Source: Bacteroidales bacterium
Lineage (GTDB): Bacteria > Bacteroidota > Bacteroidia > Bacteroidales > JAHJDW01
DNA: 64,000 nt
Direction: 5' to 3'
Assembly: GCA_041671145.1 (NCBI GenBank)
Contig: JBAZBZ010000002.1
Location: 16,854-80,853, forward strand
The stretch's first letter is position 1. Each line of letters starts with the position of its first letter. Shown here in pieces: positions 9,752-20,149 of this stretch. Under the pieces are notes generated by a model that was not told the DNA's origin, did no database searches, and worked only from the letters and a program-made list of their open reading frames with translations. The position numbers and the translations under genes were made by a program.

Positions 9752-10437
9752 AATTAGCTATAATGCAACCATATTTTTTCCCGTATATTGGATATTTCCA
9801 GCTAATAAATGCTGTTGATAAATTTGTAATTTACGATGATGTAACTTTTATAAAACAAGGTTGGATTAACCGAAACCGCATATTACTTAACAGCAAAGAA
9901 CATTTAATTACACTAAATTTAAAAAAAGCCAGTTCATTTAAATTTATTAATGACATCGAAATTCATGATAATAGAAATAAGATATTAAAAACAATTGAAA
10001 TGGCATATAAAAAAGCTCCATTTTATAATAATACATTTTCGTTAATCGAAGAAATTATTTTTTTTAATGAAAAAAATTTATCTTATTTTCTTAAAAACAG
10101 CATTAATAAATTAGCTGCTTTTCTTAATATTAAAACTGAATTTATTTTATCGTCAACTTTAATAAAAAACAACGATATAAAAGGACAGAACAAAGTAATT
10201 GATATATGCAAAAAAATGAATACTTCCACTTATATAAATTCTATTGGAGGACAAGAACTATACTCTAAAGAGATTTTTTTAAAAAATAACATATACTTGA
10301 AATTCATAAAATCAAAACCAATAATTTACAACCAATTTAAAAATGAATTTGTATCTTGTCTTTCAATTATAGATATATTGATGTTTAATTCAAAAGAAGA
10401 AATTGCAGGAATGCTTAACCAATATGAATTAATATGA
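9748..10437 (+). CDS. WbqC-family protein
   Basis: MKLAIMQPYFFPYIGYFQLI is the characteristic WbqC N-terminus. I chose the ATG at 9748 (ATGA overlap with the preceding ORF) rather than the TTG at 9733. Confidence 0.75.
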   Translation: MKLAIMQPYFFPYIGYFQLINAVDKFVIYDDVTFIKQGWINRNRILLNSKEHLITLNLKKASSFKFINDIEIHDNRNKILKTIEMAYKKAPFYNNTFSLIEEIIFFNEKNLSYFLKNSINKLAAFLNIKTEFILSSTLIKNNDIKGQNKVIDICKKMNTSTYINSIGGQELYSKEIFLKNNIYLKFIKSKPIIYNQFKNEFVSCLSIIDILMFNSKEEIAGMLNQYELI

Positions 10438-11381
10438 ACTCTACGGGAGGATATTTCGAATTAGAACTTCGTAAGGGTAAAGAATTTCACCCTTATGCTA
10501 TTGCTTTAAATACCGGAAGAAACGCCTTGGAATTAATTTTAAAATTAAAAAAATACAAAAAAGTTCATGTCCCGTATTACACTTGTGATGTTATTCTTGA
10601 ACCATTAAAAAAAACCAAAACTCTTTATGAATTTTATTCAGTTGATAAAAATTTTGAACCTATATTTGATTATTCAATTTTAAAACGTGAAGATGGTTTT
10701 TTATACATTAATTATTTCGGGTTAAAAGATATTTTTATTTGTGAAATTGCAAAAAAATGCAATAATTTGATTATTGATAATTCACAAGCATTTTTTTCCG
10801 AACCAACAGCTAATATCCCGACATTTTATTCATGTCGTAAATTTTTTGGTGTTCCGGACGGTGCTTACTTATATATTGATGGTGCTGATGATATCGCTTT
10901 CCCAATAGACCATTCTGAAAGCAGATTTACTCATTTAATAAAAAGAATAGATTATGGTGCTGAAACCGGATTTAATGATTTTAAAAATAATGAAAATAAT
11001 ATGATTGGACAGCCCATAAAAAAAATGTCTAAATTAACCCAAGCTTTGCTTTGTAATATTGATTATAAATCCGTATCTAAAAAACGAAGAGAAAATTTTT
11101 TGTTTTTACACAAACAATTATCAAATTATAACGAAATTGAAATTGATTTTTGCAAAGAACTTGTTCCGATGGTTTATCCATTTTTGTCTAATCAATCTGA
11201 CTTAAAACAAAACCTTCTCAAACATAAAATTTTTATTGCAACATATTGGCAAAATGTGTCGGAATGGACTAATAAAGATAGTTTGGAGTATAAATATGCA
11301 CAACAAATTATTCATTTACCCATTGACCAAAGATATAATTTTGAAAATTTAAAAGAAATAATCAACCTGATTTTAAAATGA
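10434..11381 (+). CDS. Short DegT-like PLP-dependent aminotransferase-fold protein
   Basis: LNTGRNALELIL, VPYYTCDVI, IIDNSQAFF and FYSCRKFFGVPDGAYL (candidate PLP lysine). ATGA overlap with wbqC. Confidence 0.5.
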   Translation: MNSTGGYFELELRKGKEFHPYAIALNTGRNALELILKLKKYKKVHVPYYTCDVILEPLKKTKTLYEFYSVDKNFEPIFDYSILKREDGFLYINYFGLKDIFICEIAKKCNNLIIDNSQAFFSEPTANIPTFYSCRKFFGVPDGAYLYIDGADDIAFPIDHSESRFTHLIKRIDYGAETGFNDFKNNENNMIGQPIKKMSKLTQALLCNIDYKSVSKKRRENFLFLHKQLSNYNEIEIDFCKELVPMVYPFLSNQSDLKQNLLKHKIFIATYWQNVSEWTNKDSLEYKYAQQIIHLPIDQRYNFENLKEIINLILK

Positions 11382-11851
11382 AAGTTACAATCAGACCACT
11401 CGAAGAAAGCGATGCTTTATTATCTTATAAATGGAGAAATGATGAAGATATTTGGAAATACACTGGAAATAAGCCTGACAAAAAAATAACATTAAAAATC
11501 GAAAAAGAATGGATTAAGAAAGTTATTGTTAAACACAATGAAAAAAGATTTGCAATCTGTGTTGGAAACGAAATGGAATATGTAGGAAATGTTCAGCTAA
11601 CAGATATAACAAAAGATAATGCACAATTCCATATATTCATAGGTAAAAAAAAATATCACGGATTAGGAATTGGAACGCAGGCAACAAAACTGATTATTGA
11701 TTATGGATTTAAAAAAATAAAAATAAAAACAATATACCTGACAGTAAATCCCGAAAATATTGCCGCTGTTAGGTCATACGAAAAATGCGGTTTTAAAATA
11801 ATATCAAAATCTGATAATGAATTAAAAATGGAAATAAAAAATTATGACTGA
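11378..11851 (+). CDS. GNAT family N-acetyltransferase
   Basis: 157 aa. HIFIGKKKYHGLGIGTQATKLIIDYGF (acetyl-CoA motif A) and NIAAVRSYEKCGFK. Confidence 0.75.
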   Translation: MKVTIRPLEESDALLSYKWRNDEDIWKYTGNKPDKKITLKIEKEWIKKVIVKHNEKRFAICVGNEMEYVGNVQLTDITKDNAQFHIFIGKKKYHGLGIGTQATKLIIDYGFKKIKIKTIYLTVNPENIAAVRSYEKCGFKIISKSDNELKMEIKNYD

Positions 11852-12854
11852 ATGCTTAAATCGTATGGTTTCAGTTTTCATGATTACTTATAACCATGAA
11901 AAATATATTGCAAAAGCATTAGAAAGCATTTTGATGCAAAAAGTCGAATTTGATTTTGAAGTTGTTATAGGTGAAGATTGCTCAACAGACAATACCCGCA
12001 ATATTATTTTAAAATATGCAGACAAGTATCCGGATAAGTTTAAATTACTGCTTCATGAGAGAAATATTGGACCAATGGCTAACCATATCGCAGTGCTAAA
12101 TGCATGCACCGGCAAATATATTGCAATGCTTGAAGGCGATGATTACTGGATAAGCCCTCTCAAATTAAAGACACAAGTTGATTTTTTAGAAGCTAATCCT
12201 GAATACTCAATATGTTCTCACAATGCTATTGTTGAGTATGAAGAAACAGGCGAAAAAATCGAATGGCTTGGCAGAGAACAAAAGGAAACTATAACACTTG
12301 ATGATTTATTAGCTTTTGGAAGTGGAGGCGCAACATGCTCTTTAATTTTCAGAAATAAAATATTTAGAAACTCACTTGATTTATTTTATACTTTGCCCAG
12401 CCTTGACTGGATATCACAAATATTATGCGCCAGCAAAGGAAAAATGAAATATTTTAAAGAACCTATGGGGGTTTACAGAAGAACAATCAGTGGAAATTCA
12501 ACCGATGCCGGAATAAAAGAAGCAAAAAAGCAGAATAAAGAATGGCTCGGTATTCCGTATAAAAATACACTGAAAATAATTGATGCAATAGATAAATATT
12601 TTGATTATAAAAAAAAGATGCTTTTGAATAATCAAAGAATTTATTGTTACTATGTTTTGGCAAAAACTTTTGACGAGCACAACAAATCAATAAAAGCAAT
12701 TTTATTTTCATTAAAAACATTAAAATATTACTTTGGTAATTATCCATTTCTCACAAAAGAAATAAAAAAAGACACAAAGAAAACACTATGTAAAAACAGT
12801 ATTATAAAAATCAAACAAATTATTATTACTTTTATAAATAAATGCAGAATATGA
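11844..12854 (+). CDS. GT2 glycosyltransferase
   Basis: VSVFMITYNHEKYIAKALESILMQ...VVIGEDCSTDNT and MLEGDDYW (DxD). Confidence 0.8.
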   Translation: MTECLNRMVSVFMITYNHEKYIAKALESILMQKVEFDFEVVIGEDCSTDNTRNIILKYADKYPDKFKLLLHERNIGPMANHIAVLNACTGKYIAMLEGDDYWISPLKLKTQVDFLEANPEYSICSHNAIVEYEETGEKIEWLGREQKETITLDDLLAFGSGGATCSLIFRNKIFRNSLDLFYTLPSLDWISQILCASKGKMKYFKEPMGVYRRTISGNSTDAGIKEAKKQNKEWLGIPYKNTLKIIDAIDKYFDYKKKMLLNNQRIYCYYVLAKTFDEHNKSIKAILFSLKTLKYYFGNYPFLTKEIKKDTKKTLCKNSIIKIKQIIITFINKCRI

Positions 12855-12879
12855 TTAGCATATTAACAGAAACAAAAAA

Positions 12880-13875
12880 ATGACAAACAAAATATTATCA
12901 CATAATGAGATTTCTGAAAACCCTCCGGTATTAATTGATATCGGAGCTTCGGCTCATTTACCCGAAGATTGGAGGGTAATAGCTCCATATTCAATCTGTA
13001 TTGCTTTTGATGCCGATAACAGAGATATTGACTATATTGTTAACGAAGAAAAAAAATACAAAAAACTTTATACATTTAACTCAATTGTTGTTGATAGCAA
13101 TGAAGAATTAACTGATTTCTTTTTAACAAAATCACCATATTGTTCAAGTACTTTAAAACCATTAAACAAGCAATTGGAAGAATGGAGTTTCTACAAGTTT
13201 TTTGAAATTGAAAAAAGCGTAAAAATTAAATCTACTAATCTGCAAACTGTTTTAAACAAATTAAATGTTAAACAAATTGATTGGTTTAAAACAGATTCCC
13301 AAGGCACCGATTTAATGATTTTTAAAAGCTTGGGACAAGATATTTATTCTAACATACTTGTTGCAGATTTCGAACCGGGCATTATTGATGCTTACCAAAA
13401 TGAAGATAAATTATATCATTTATTGGAATTCATGGATAAATCTAATTTTTGGATTTCTGATATAAATATAGGTGGAAATCAAAAAATAAATAAAACAATA
13501 AAAGAATTATTTTTTAATGATATGAATGAATTCCAACTTCAGTCAATATTAAAATACTCACCTACTTGTGCGGAAATAACATATATAAATAATTTCAAAA
13601 AAAACAATTTAACAAAAAGAGATTTTTTGCTTGGAATAGTTTTTTCAATTATTAAAAATCAATTACCGTTTGCATTAGAATTAGCATATTTGGGAAAGCA
13701 AAGATTTAATGAATCTTTCTTTGATGAAATTAAAGATTATTTATTACAATTAATTAAAAATAAATTATGTACTTTAAATAATTCTTCACAAAAATCATCA
13801 ATAAATAATAAAAAAGATTTTATTAAGGATTTTATTCCGCCAATTTTATTGAAATTTTATAGAAAAACATTGTAA
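12880..13875 (+). CDS. FkbM-like methyltransferase candidate
   Basis: VLIDIGASAHL (motif I-like) and IDWFKTDSQGTDLMIFKSLG (analogous to the FkbM KiDvEGaE block). Divergent. Confidence 0.45.
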   Translation: MTNKILSHNEISENPPVLIDIGASAHLPEDWRVIAPYSICIAFDADNRDIDYIVNEEKKYKKLYTFNSIVVDSNEELTDFFLTKSPYCSSTLKPLNKQLEEWSFYKFFEIEKSVKIKSTNLQTVLNKLNVKQIDWFKTDSQGTDLMIFKSLGQDIYSNILVADFEPGIIDAYQNEDKLYHLLEFMDKSNFWISDINIGGNQKINKTIKELFFNDMNEFQLQSILKYSPTCAEITYINNFKKNNLTKRDFLLGIVFSIIKNQLPFALELAYLGKQRFNESFFDEIKDYLLQLIKNKLCTLNNSSQKSSINNKKDFIKDFIPPILLKFYRKTL

Positions 13876-13916
13876 AAGGTCACATAGTAGCAGATAAAAA
13901 AACATATTTTTAATTT

Positions 13917-14804
13917 ATGGAAAATAACGTCAGTTTTATTGTTCCCGCATATAATTGTTCACAAACAATTGCTGAAGCAATAGAATCTATTTATAAAGGA
14001 AACATAATTTCCGGTGATGAGATAATAATTATTGACGATGCTTCAACAGATAATACTAAAGAAATAATTTTAGATTTACAAAATAAACATAAAGAAATAA
14101 AACTCTTAAAACATAATTATAATAAGGGTACTGCGGCTGCCGGAAGAAATACCGGAATTGATAATTCAATAAATAATTTAATTTTTTGTTTAGATTCAGA
14201 TAATGTTTTAGCTCCCGATAGTATTCCGAAACTTAAAGATTTTTTATTGTCAAGCAAAATAGATGCTGCCGCATTTGGCGAAATCCATTACTTTATAAAC
14301 AATATAGAAAACGTAACTAACAAATGGATTTTAAACGAAGAAATAACTTTCATTGACACTATTAATGAAGGAGAAAAAGCTCCTTGCTCAAGCGGAAATT
14401 ATATGTTTACAAAAGAAAGCTGGATAAAAGCAGGAAAATATTTCGAACCAACTTTGATTAATCAAACCATTGATTCGTGGGCTTTTGGTTTAAGACAACT
14501 TGCTACAGGAAGCAAAATGCTGACTTTAAAAAACTCATTTTATTTGCACAGACATGGTTACAATTCTCATTTTGTGTTAAACTACGACAAAGGAAATTTA
14601 TCTTTAGCATTTACTTCTGTTTTAATACCTTTTTTACATTTAATTGATGATAGGGATGTAAATTATATTTTCAGCAAAAAACATCGTTATAATTGGTTTA
14701 AAAATATTAAAAACAGACCTATTAAATTAAAAACCTCAAATGATTTTTTTTTAAAAAAGATTATAAAAAAAATATTGAAGCATATAAAACACAAGATAGC
14801 ATAA
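13917..14804 (+). CDS. GT2 glycosyltransferase
   Basis: VSFIVPAYNCSQTIAEAIESI...IIIDDASTDNT and LDSDN. Confidence 0.8.
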   Translation: MENNVSFIVPAYNCSQTIAEAIESIYKGNIISGDEIIIIDDASTDNTKEIILDLQNKHKEIKLLKHNYNKGTAAAGRNTGIDNSINNLIFCLDSDNVLAPDSIPKLKDFLLSSKIDAAAFGEIHYFINNIENVTNKWILNEEITFIDTINEGEKAPCSSGNYMFTKESWIKAGKYFEPTLINQTIDSWAFGLRQLATGSKMLTLKNSFYLHRHGYNSHFVLNYDKGNLSLAFTSVLIPFLHLIDDRDVNYIFSKKHRYNWFKNIKNRPIKLKTSNDFFLKKIIKKILKHIKHKIA

Positions 14805-14834
14805 GAATAATATTAAAATGTAAATAAAATAATA

Positions 14835-15572
14835 ATGAAATATTTTTTTAATAAATTATTTACTAAAAACAAAAAAAGTAATTATAACGCAAATTTAATT
14901 AATGTTCAAAACAGAGAAGCATGGCTTGAAAAAACATTAAAAGAAATTCCTCATGGAGAAAAAATATTAGATGCCGGTGCCGGAGAACTGCAATATAAAA
15001 AATTTTGTTCCCATCTAAACTATGTTTCGCAAGATTTCGGGCAATATAAAGGTACGGGCAATAATTGCGGCTTGCAAACACAAACATGGAATAATGATAA
15101 AATCGATATAATATCCGATATCACAAATATTCCTGTTGCTGACAATTCATTTGATGCTATTTTGTGTATTGAAGTTTTAGAACATGTTCCCGCTCCCATT
15201 TCAGCTATTAAAGAATTCTCAAGAATATTGAAAAAAAATGGAAAACTAATTATAACCGCACCATTTGCAAGTTTAACACACTTCGCTCCTTATCACTATT
15301 ATTCGGGATTTAATAAATATTTTTTCGAAAAATATTTACAGGAAAATTCACTATCAATAATTGAAATTTTACCAAATGGAAACTATTTCGATTTTTTGAA
15401 TCAGGAATTATCATTAAGAATACCAAATAAATATTCTGAACTCAAACTATCAAAGAAAGAAAAAAATTCATTAAAAACAGTTATGAACCTTTTATATAAG
15501 TTAAGCATGACAGACAAAGGTTCTTCTGATTTATTATGTTTTGGTTTTAATATTAAAGCCGTAAAAATATGA
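14835..15572 (+). CDS. Class I SAM methyltransferase
   Basis: ILDAGAGELQ and FDAILCIEVLEHVPAPISAIKEFSRILKKNGKLIITAP. Confidence 0.75.
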   Translation: MKYFFNKLFTKNKKSNYNANLINVQNREAWLEKTLKEIPHGEKILDAGAGELQYKKFCSHLNYVSQDFGQYKGTGNNCGLQTQTWNNDKIDIISDITNIPVADNSFDAILCIEVLEHVPAPISAIKEFSRILKKNGKLIITAPFASLTHFAPYHYYSGFNKYFFEKYLQENSLSIIEILPNGNYFDFLNQELSLRIPNKYSELKLSKKEKNSLKTVMNLLYKLSMTDKGSSDLLCFGFNIKAVKI

Positions 15573-16441
15573 TTGTTGTTAAATTAATAGGTGGTCTCGG
15601 AAATCAATTGTTTCAATACGCTTTGGGCAGACATTTGGCAATTAAAAATAACACTTTGCTAAAACTTGATTTGAGTTTTCTCAGAGCCAGACCGGAAAAC
15701 GCAGATTATATTTTTAGGGATTATGAATTAAATGTTTTCAAAATAAACGAAAATTTCGCAACAGATAAAGAAATTGCAAAATATCATACTATGTCAAAAG
15801 CCACAAAGGGCTTAAATAAGATTATTCAAAAAATAATGCAATATAAAATCGTGAATGAAAAAGAACCTTTTGTATATGATGAAGAAATTTTAAATTCTCC
15901 AAAAAAATCACTTTTATGCGGTTTTTGGCAAAATGAAAAATATTTTTCGGAAATTGAAAATATTATCAGAAAAGAATTTGCTTTCAAACAAAATCCCGAT
16001 TCAATAAATTTAAAATCTATTGAAAAAATAAAATCCACAGAATCTATAAGTATTCACATCAGAAGATACAATCCTGCTTCAGATATATATCATGGACTAT
16101 GCGATATGGAATATTATGAAAAAGCAATAAAGGTTATATCTCAAAAATCATCCAATCCATACTTTTACATATTTTCAGACGACATTAGCTGGTGCAAGAA
16201 AAATTTCAAATCAGAAAATCATACATTTGATTTTATTGAACATAATGCAGATAGAAGTTACGAAGACCTGAGATTAATGCTCAATTGCAAGCATCATATT
16301 ATTGCAAACAGCACATTCAGTTGGTGGGGAGCATGGTTATGTGCAAATAAAGATAAAATAATTATTGCTCCTCAAAAATGGTTAAATACCGATAAATATC
16401 AAACAAAAGAATTATTTTTACAAAACTGGATAAAACTATAA
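15569..16441 (+). CDS. GT11 alpha-1,2-fucosyltransferase-like (divergent motif I)
   Basis: MIVVKLIGGLGNQLFQYALGRHLA, GFWQNEKYF, HIRRYN (in place of HxRRGDY) and IIANSTFSWWGAWL. Confidence 0.8.
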   Translation: MIVVKLIGGLGNQLFQYALGRHLAIKNNTLLKLDLSFLRARPENADYIFRDYELNVFKINENFATDKEIAKYHTMSKATKGLNKIIQKIMQYKIVNEKEPFVYDEEILNSPKKSLLCGFWQNEKYFSEIENIIRKEFAFKQNPDSINLKSIEKIKSTESISIHIRRYNPASDIYHGLCDMEYYEKAIKVISQKSSNPYFYIFSDDISWCKKNFKSENHTFDFIEHNADRSYEDLRLMLNCKHHIIANSTFSWWGAWLCANKDKIIIAPQKWLNTDKYQTKELFLQNWIKL

Positions 16442-16445
16442 AACC

Positions 16446-17444
16446 ATGGAACAAAAATTTTTAGATATTCTATGTTGCCCTATCACCAAACAATCACTAT
16501 ACCTTGAAACAACTAAATTATTTGATAATGGCACAGTAGAGGAAGGATTTTTAACAACAAAAAATAAAGAATATAAATACCCTATTTTAAAAGGTATTCC
16601 AAGATTTGTATCAAAAGAAAATTATGCAAAAAGTTTCGGATTTGAATGGAAAAAATGGGCTTTAGTTCAATACGAATCAGAGAATATTGGAAAACCAATG
16701 GAAAATTGGACAACAAAAATGTTCGAGAAAATAACAAGCTTGCCAGATGAATATTTTAAAAATAAATTAATAATTGATTTCGGATGCGGCGGCGGAAGAT
16801 TTATAGATGTAGTTAGAAAAAAAGGAGGAACTGTTGTTGGAATAGATATGAGCTTGGCAGTTGAGCCGGCGAAAGAATATTTTATAAATGACAAAAATGT
16901 TTTAATAATACAAGGCGATATTTTGAATCCGCCATTTAAAGAGAATGCATTTGATATGGGGTACGCTATAGGAGTATTGCATCATACACCTAATCCATTT
17001 TCTGCATTTAAAGAACTACATAAAACATTAAAAAAAGGAGCATATTTGGCATGTTGTGTGTATACAAAAAAAGGATATTACGACTTTAAATCAGTCCGAA
17101 GATTCAGAAAACTTATTCAAATCACCAGATTTTTATTCGGTTACAATCTGGCAATATTATACGCTAAGTTTTCCGCAACATTTCTTTTCAAGTATTTCCC
17201 TTACTTTTCAAAAGTACCAAAATATGGAGGAGACAAAATAAAATATTATTTAGAACAGAACTGGTTTCCTGTACTGTATCTGCCTGATAAGAGATGGAGG
17301 ATTTTGGATGTATTCGATTCCATAACTCCTAAATATGCATCAGCTCATACCGAAGAGGAAGTATTTTCGTGGTACACTAATACTAACTGTTCCGACATTA
17401 AAAATACTGATTTTTTTAAATCATCTTTTTCGGGTATCAAATAA
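16446..17444 (+). CDS. SAM methyltransferase with Trm112-like N-terminal segment
   Basis: LDILCCPITKQSL (Trm112-like), IIDFGCGGGRF (motif I) and FDMGYAIGVLHHTPNP. Confidence 0.7.
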   Translation: MEQKFLDILCCPITKQSLYLETTKLFDNGTVEEGFLTTKNKEYKYPILKGIPRFVSKENYAKSFGFEWKKWALVQYESENIGKPMENWTTKMFEKITSLPDEYFKNKLIIDFGCGGGRFIDVVRKKGGTVVGIDMSLAVEPAKEYFINDKNVLIIQGDILNPPFKENAFDMGYAIGVLHHTPNPFSAFKELHKTLKKGAYLACCVYTKKGYYDFKSVRRFRKLIQITRFLFGYNLAILYAKFSATFLFKYFPYFSKVPKYGGDKIKYYLEQNWFPVLYLPDKRWRILDVFDSITPKYASAHTEEEVFSWYTNTNCSDIKNTDFFKSSFSGIK

Positions 17445-17453
17445 AATGTTTAT

Positions 17454-19277
17454 ATGTGCGGAATAGCAGGTATAGTTGTAAATAATTCAAAGGAGTATAC
17501 TGAGCATTTGAAGAAAATGCTCAGCATAATTAATCATCGTGGTCCTGATAACGAAGGTTTTTTGCACTTTGATAATTGTTTACTGGGGCACACGCGCCTG
17601 AGCATAATCGACCTTTTCACCGGCAATCAACCAATGCTGAACAATAATAAAAATACCGGTATAACTTTCAACGGTGAAATATATGGTTTCGATGAAATAA
17701 AAAAAAAAATTAAAGATTATAATTTTAAAACAAAATCCGATACCGAAGTAATTCTTGCATTGCATGAAAAATACGGAACAAAAATGCTTCAATATCTTCC
17801 CGGTGCTTTCTCTTTTGCTATTTGGGACAATAACGAAAAACAATTATTTTGTGCAAGAGACAGATTCGGCGAAAAACCTTTCTATTACGCTTTAGGAAAA
17901 AATAACGAACTGATTTTTGCATCAGAAATCAAATCAATACTATCGACAAATCTTGTATCTCCGGAATTAGATATTGACTCTCTTGTTCATTATTTAAAAC
18001 ATTTATATGTTCACCCTCAAAAAACTATTTATAAAAATATTCATACCATACCCCCGGCTCATTGTTTAATATATAAAGAAGGAAATTTAATCATTGAAAA
18101 ATATTGGCATTTACCCCAAACAAATGAAAAAATAAAATTCAATGATGCAGTTTCACAATTCACTGAATTATTTGACAAAGCCGTAAATAAATGCATGGTT
18201 GCTGACGTCCCTGTTGGAATATTCTTAAGCGGCGGTGTTGATTCATCAAGCATTGTAGCTTCAGCAAGTCAATTCAGCAACAATGTTCATACTTTCTCAT
18301 GCGGATTCGGTGAAGCTATTAATGAATTGCCTTTTGCAAAAGAAATTGCGAAAAAATACAAAACAAATCATGTTGAATTGCAGGTTAAAGAAAGTAATAT
18401 AGCCGAACTAATATTGGAAATGCAGAATATTTATGACGAGCCATTTGCCGATTCTTCAAATATTCCAACCTACCTGATTTCAAAAGAAGCTAAAAAATAT
18501 GTTAAAGTTATCTTGGGAGGTGACGGTGGCGACGAACTTTTAGCCGGTTACTCTTTTTGGTATAGAAGAATTTTTAAATTGGAAAGAGCATTGAATAGAA
18601 AAATCAGTTACTTTGAATTCATGCATTTAATTGATAAATTTAATTATAAGTTTAAATTAAATCTCCCTTTATCCAATTATTACGAGCAACTTAAATTAAA
18701 GAAGGATTTCAAAACAATTCAGGATTTATATAATATTACAAATTTATATTTTTATGACTCGGAAATTTCAAGTATTCTTAAAAATAATAATTCTAAAACT
18801 GAAGCAAAAAAAGTTGACTCTTTGAATGATGTCTTGTTTGAAGATATTCAGAATTATTTACCGGGAGATATTTTAACTAAAACAGACAGAGCTTCTTTAT
18901 CAAATAGTTTGGAATTGCGAACACCTTTCTTAGAAATTAATTTTGCTGAATTTTGCATATCTTTACCTTTAAGTTTTAAAATGAATACCGAAAAAGACAA
19001 ATTGATAATGCGTAAGGCATTTGCTGATAGATTAACTCCATCAATTTTAAACAGAAGAAAACAAGGTTTCGGTGCTCCGGTAGAAATATGGTTAAAAAAC
19101 AAAGATGTTGTTCAATTAAAAGAAAAATTTCTGAAAAATCAAAATTCTAAAATATATTCTATTTTTGATTATAAAAATACAATGACTTGTTATAGCGAAG
19201 ATAATTACAAAACATGGATATTACTGATTTTATCTATTTGGTTTGAAAAGCAAAATTTTTCCACAACAAATGACTGA
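17454..19277 (+). CDS. Asparagine synthase (glutamine-hydrolysing)-like amidotransferase
   Basis: MCGIAGIV N-terminal nucleophile, HRGPD, and a SGGVDSS PP-loop. 607 aa. Confidence 0.85.
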   Translation: MCGIAGIVVNNSKEYTEHLKKMLSIINHRGPDNEGFLHFDNCLLGHTRLSIIDLFTGNQPMLNNNKNTGITFNGEIYGFDEIKKKIKDYNFKTKSDTEVILALHEKYGTKMLQYLPGAFSFAIWDNNEKQLFCARDRFGEKPFYYALGKNNELIFASEIKSILSTNLVSPELDIDSLVHYLKHLYVHPQKTIYKNIHTIPPAHCLIYKEGNLIIEKYWHLPQTNEKIKFNDAVSQFTELFDKAVNKCMVADVPVGIFLSGGVDSSSIVASASQFSNNVHTFSCGFGEAINELPFAKEIAKKYKTNHVELQVKESNIAELILEMQNIYDEPFADSSNIPTYLISKEAKKYVKVILGGDGGDELLAGYSFWYRRIFKLERALNRKISYFEFMHLIDKFNYKFKLNLPLSNYYEQLKLKKDFKTIQDLYNITNLYFYDSEISSILKNNNSKTEAKKVDSLNDVLFEDIQNYLPGDILTKTDRASLSNSLELRTPFLEINFAEFCISLPLSFKMNTEKDKLIMRKAFADRLTPSILNRRKQGFGAPVEIWLKNKDVVQLKEKFLKNQNSKIYSIFDYKNTMTCYSEDNYKTWILLILSIWFEKQNFSTTND

Positions 19278-20148
19278 AAATATTCCTGATATTACCGTTT
19301 TAATGCCTGTTTATAATTGCGAGAAATATATTAAAGAGTCCGTTGAAAGCATTCTAAACCAAACATTCGTTAATTTTGAATTTTTAATAATAAATGATGC
19401 TTCAACTGACAATACAAGAAACATTATTTCATCATACAATGACAAAAGAATTATTTTAATTGACAATAATGAAAATATAGGATTGTCAAAATCATTAAAC
19501 AAAGGGATTGAAATAGCGAAAGGAAAATATATTGCCAGAATGGATGCAGATGATATTTCATTGCCCACAAGATTAGAAAAGCAATTTTATTTTTTAAATA
19601 ATAATATTGAATATTGTCTTGTTGCTGCCAAAATAATTGGAATCAATGAAAAAAGTAAAGAAACAAGCATGTGGGATAATGATAATAACAATATTACATA
19701 TCGTGATATTTATTATTTTTTGCCTAAAGCCAACTGTATAGCACATCCAACAGTTCTAATCAGAAAAGAGATATTGATTGAATACAAATATTCGGAAAAA
19801 CCATATTTTTCGCAAGATTGGGATTTGTGGTTAAGATTAATATCCGATAAAAAGAAAATAGCAAAGCTCGATGAAGTTTTGCTCAAATACAGAGTTCACA
19901 ATTCTTCTGTTTCTAATTTTAGTGAAAATAAAAACAAAGGAAAAAAAAGCATAATTTTGAGGTATAATTTTTTGAAGAATCAATTCTATAAATTAAAAAT
20001 AAACACTATATTTTTAAAGGTTTCTTTCTTTTTATTAATTGAAATAAAAATATTTTACCTGAATAAAATTAAAAGTATTTTTAAACATGCATACAATTAT
20101 TTTTATTCAATAATTGAGTATAAAATAATAAAAAAAATATATTATTAA
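19270..20148 (+). CDS. GT2 glycosyltransferase
   Basis: ITVLMPVYNCEKYIKESVESILNQ...LIINDASTDNT and ARMDADD. I chose the ATG at 19270, which gives an 8-nt overlap with the asnB-like stop. Confidence 0.8.
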   Translation: MTENIPDITVLMPVYNCEKYIKESVESILNQTFVNFEFLIINDASTDNTRNIISSYNDKRIILIDNNENIGLSKSLNKGIEIAKGKYIARMDADDISLPTRLEKQFYFLNNNIEYCLVAAKIIGINEKSKETSMWDNDNNNITYRDIYYFLPKANCIAHPTVLIRKEILIEYKYSEKPYFSQDWDLWLRLISDKKKIAKLDEVLLKYRVHNSSVSNFSENKNKGKKSIILRYNFLKNQFYKLKINTIFLKVSFFLLIEIKIFYLNKIKSIFKHAYNYFYSIIEYKIIKKIYY

Positions 20149-20149
20149 A

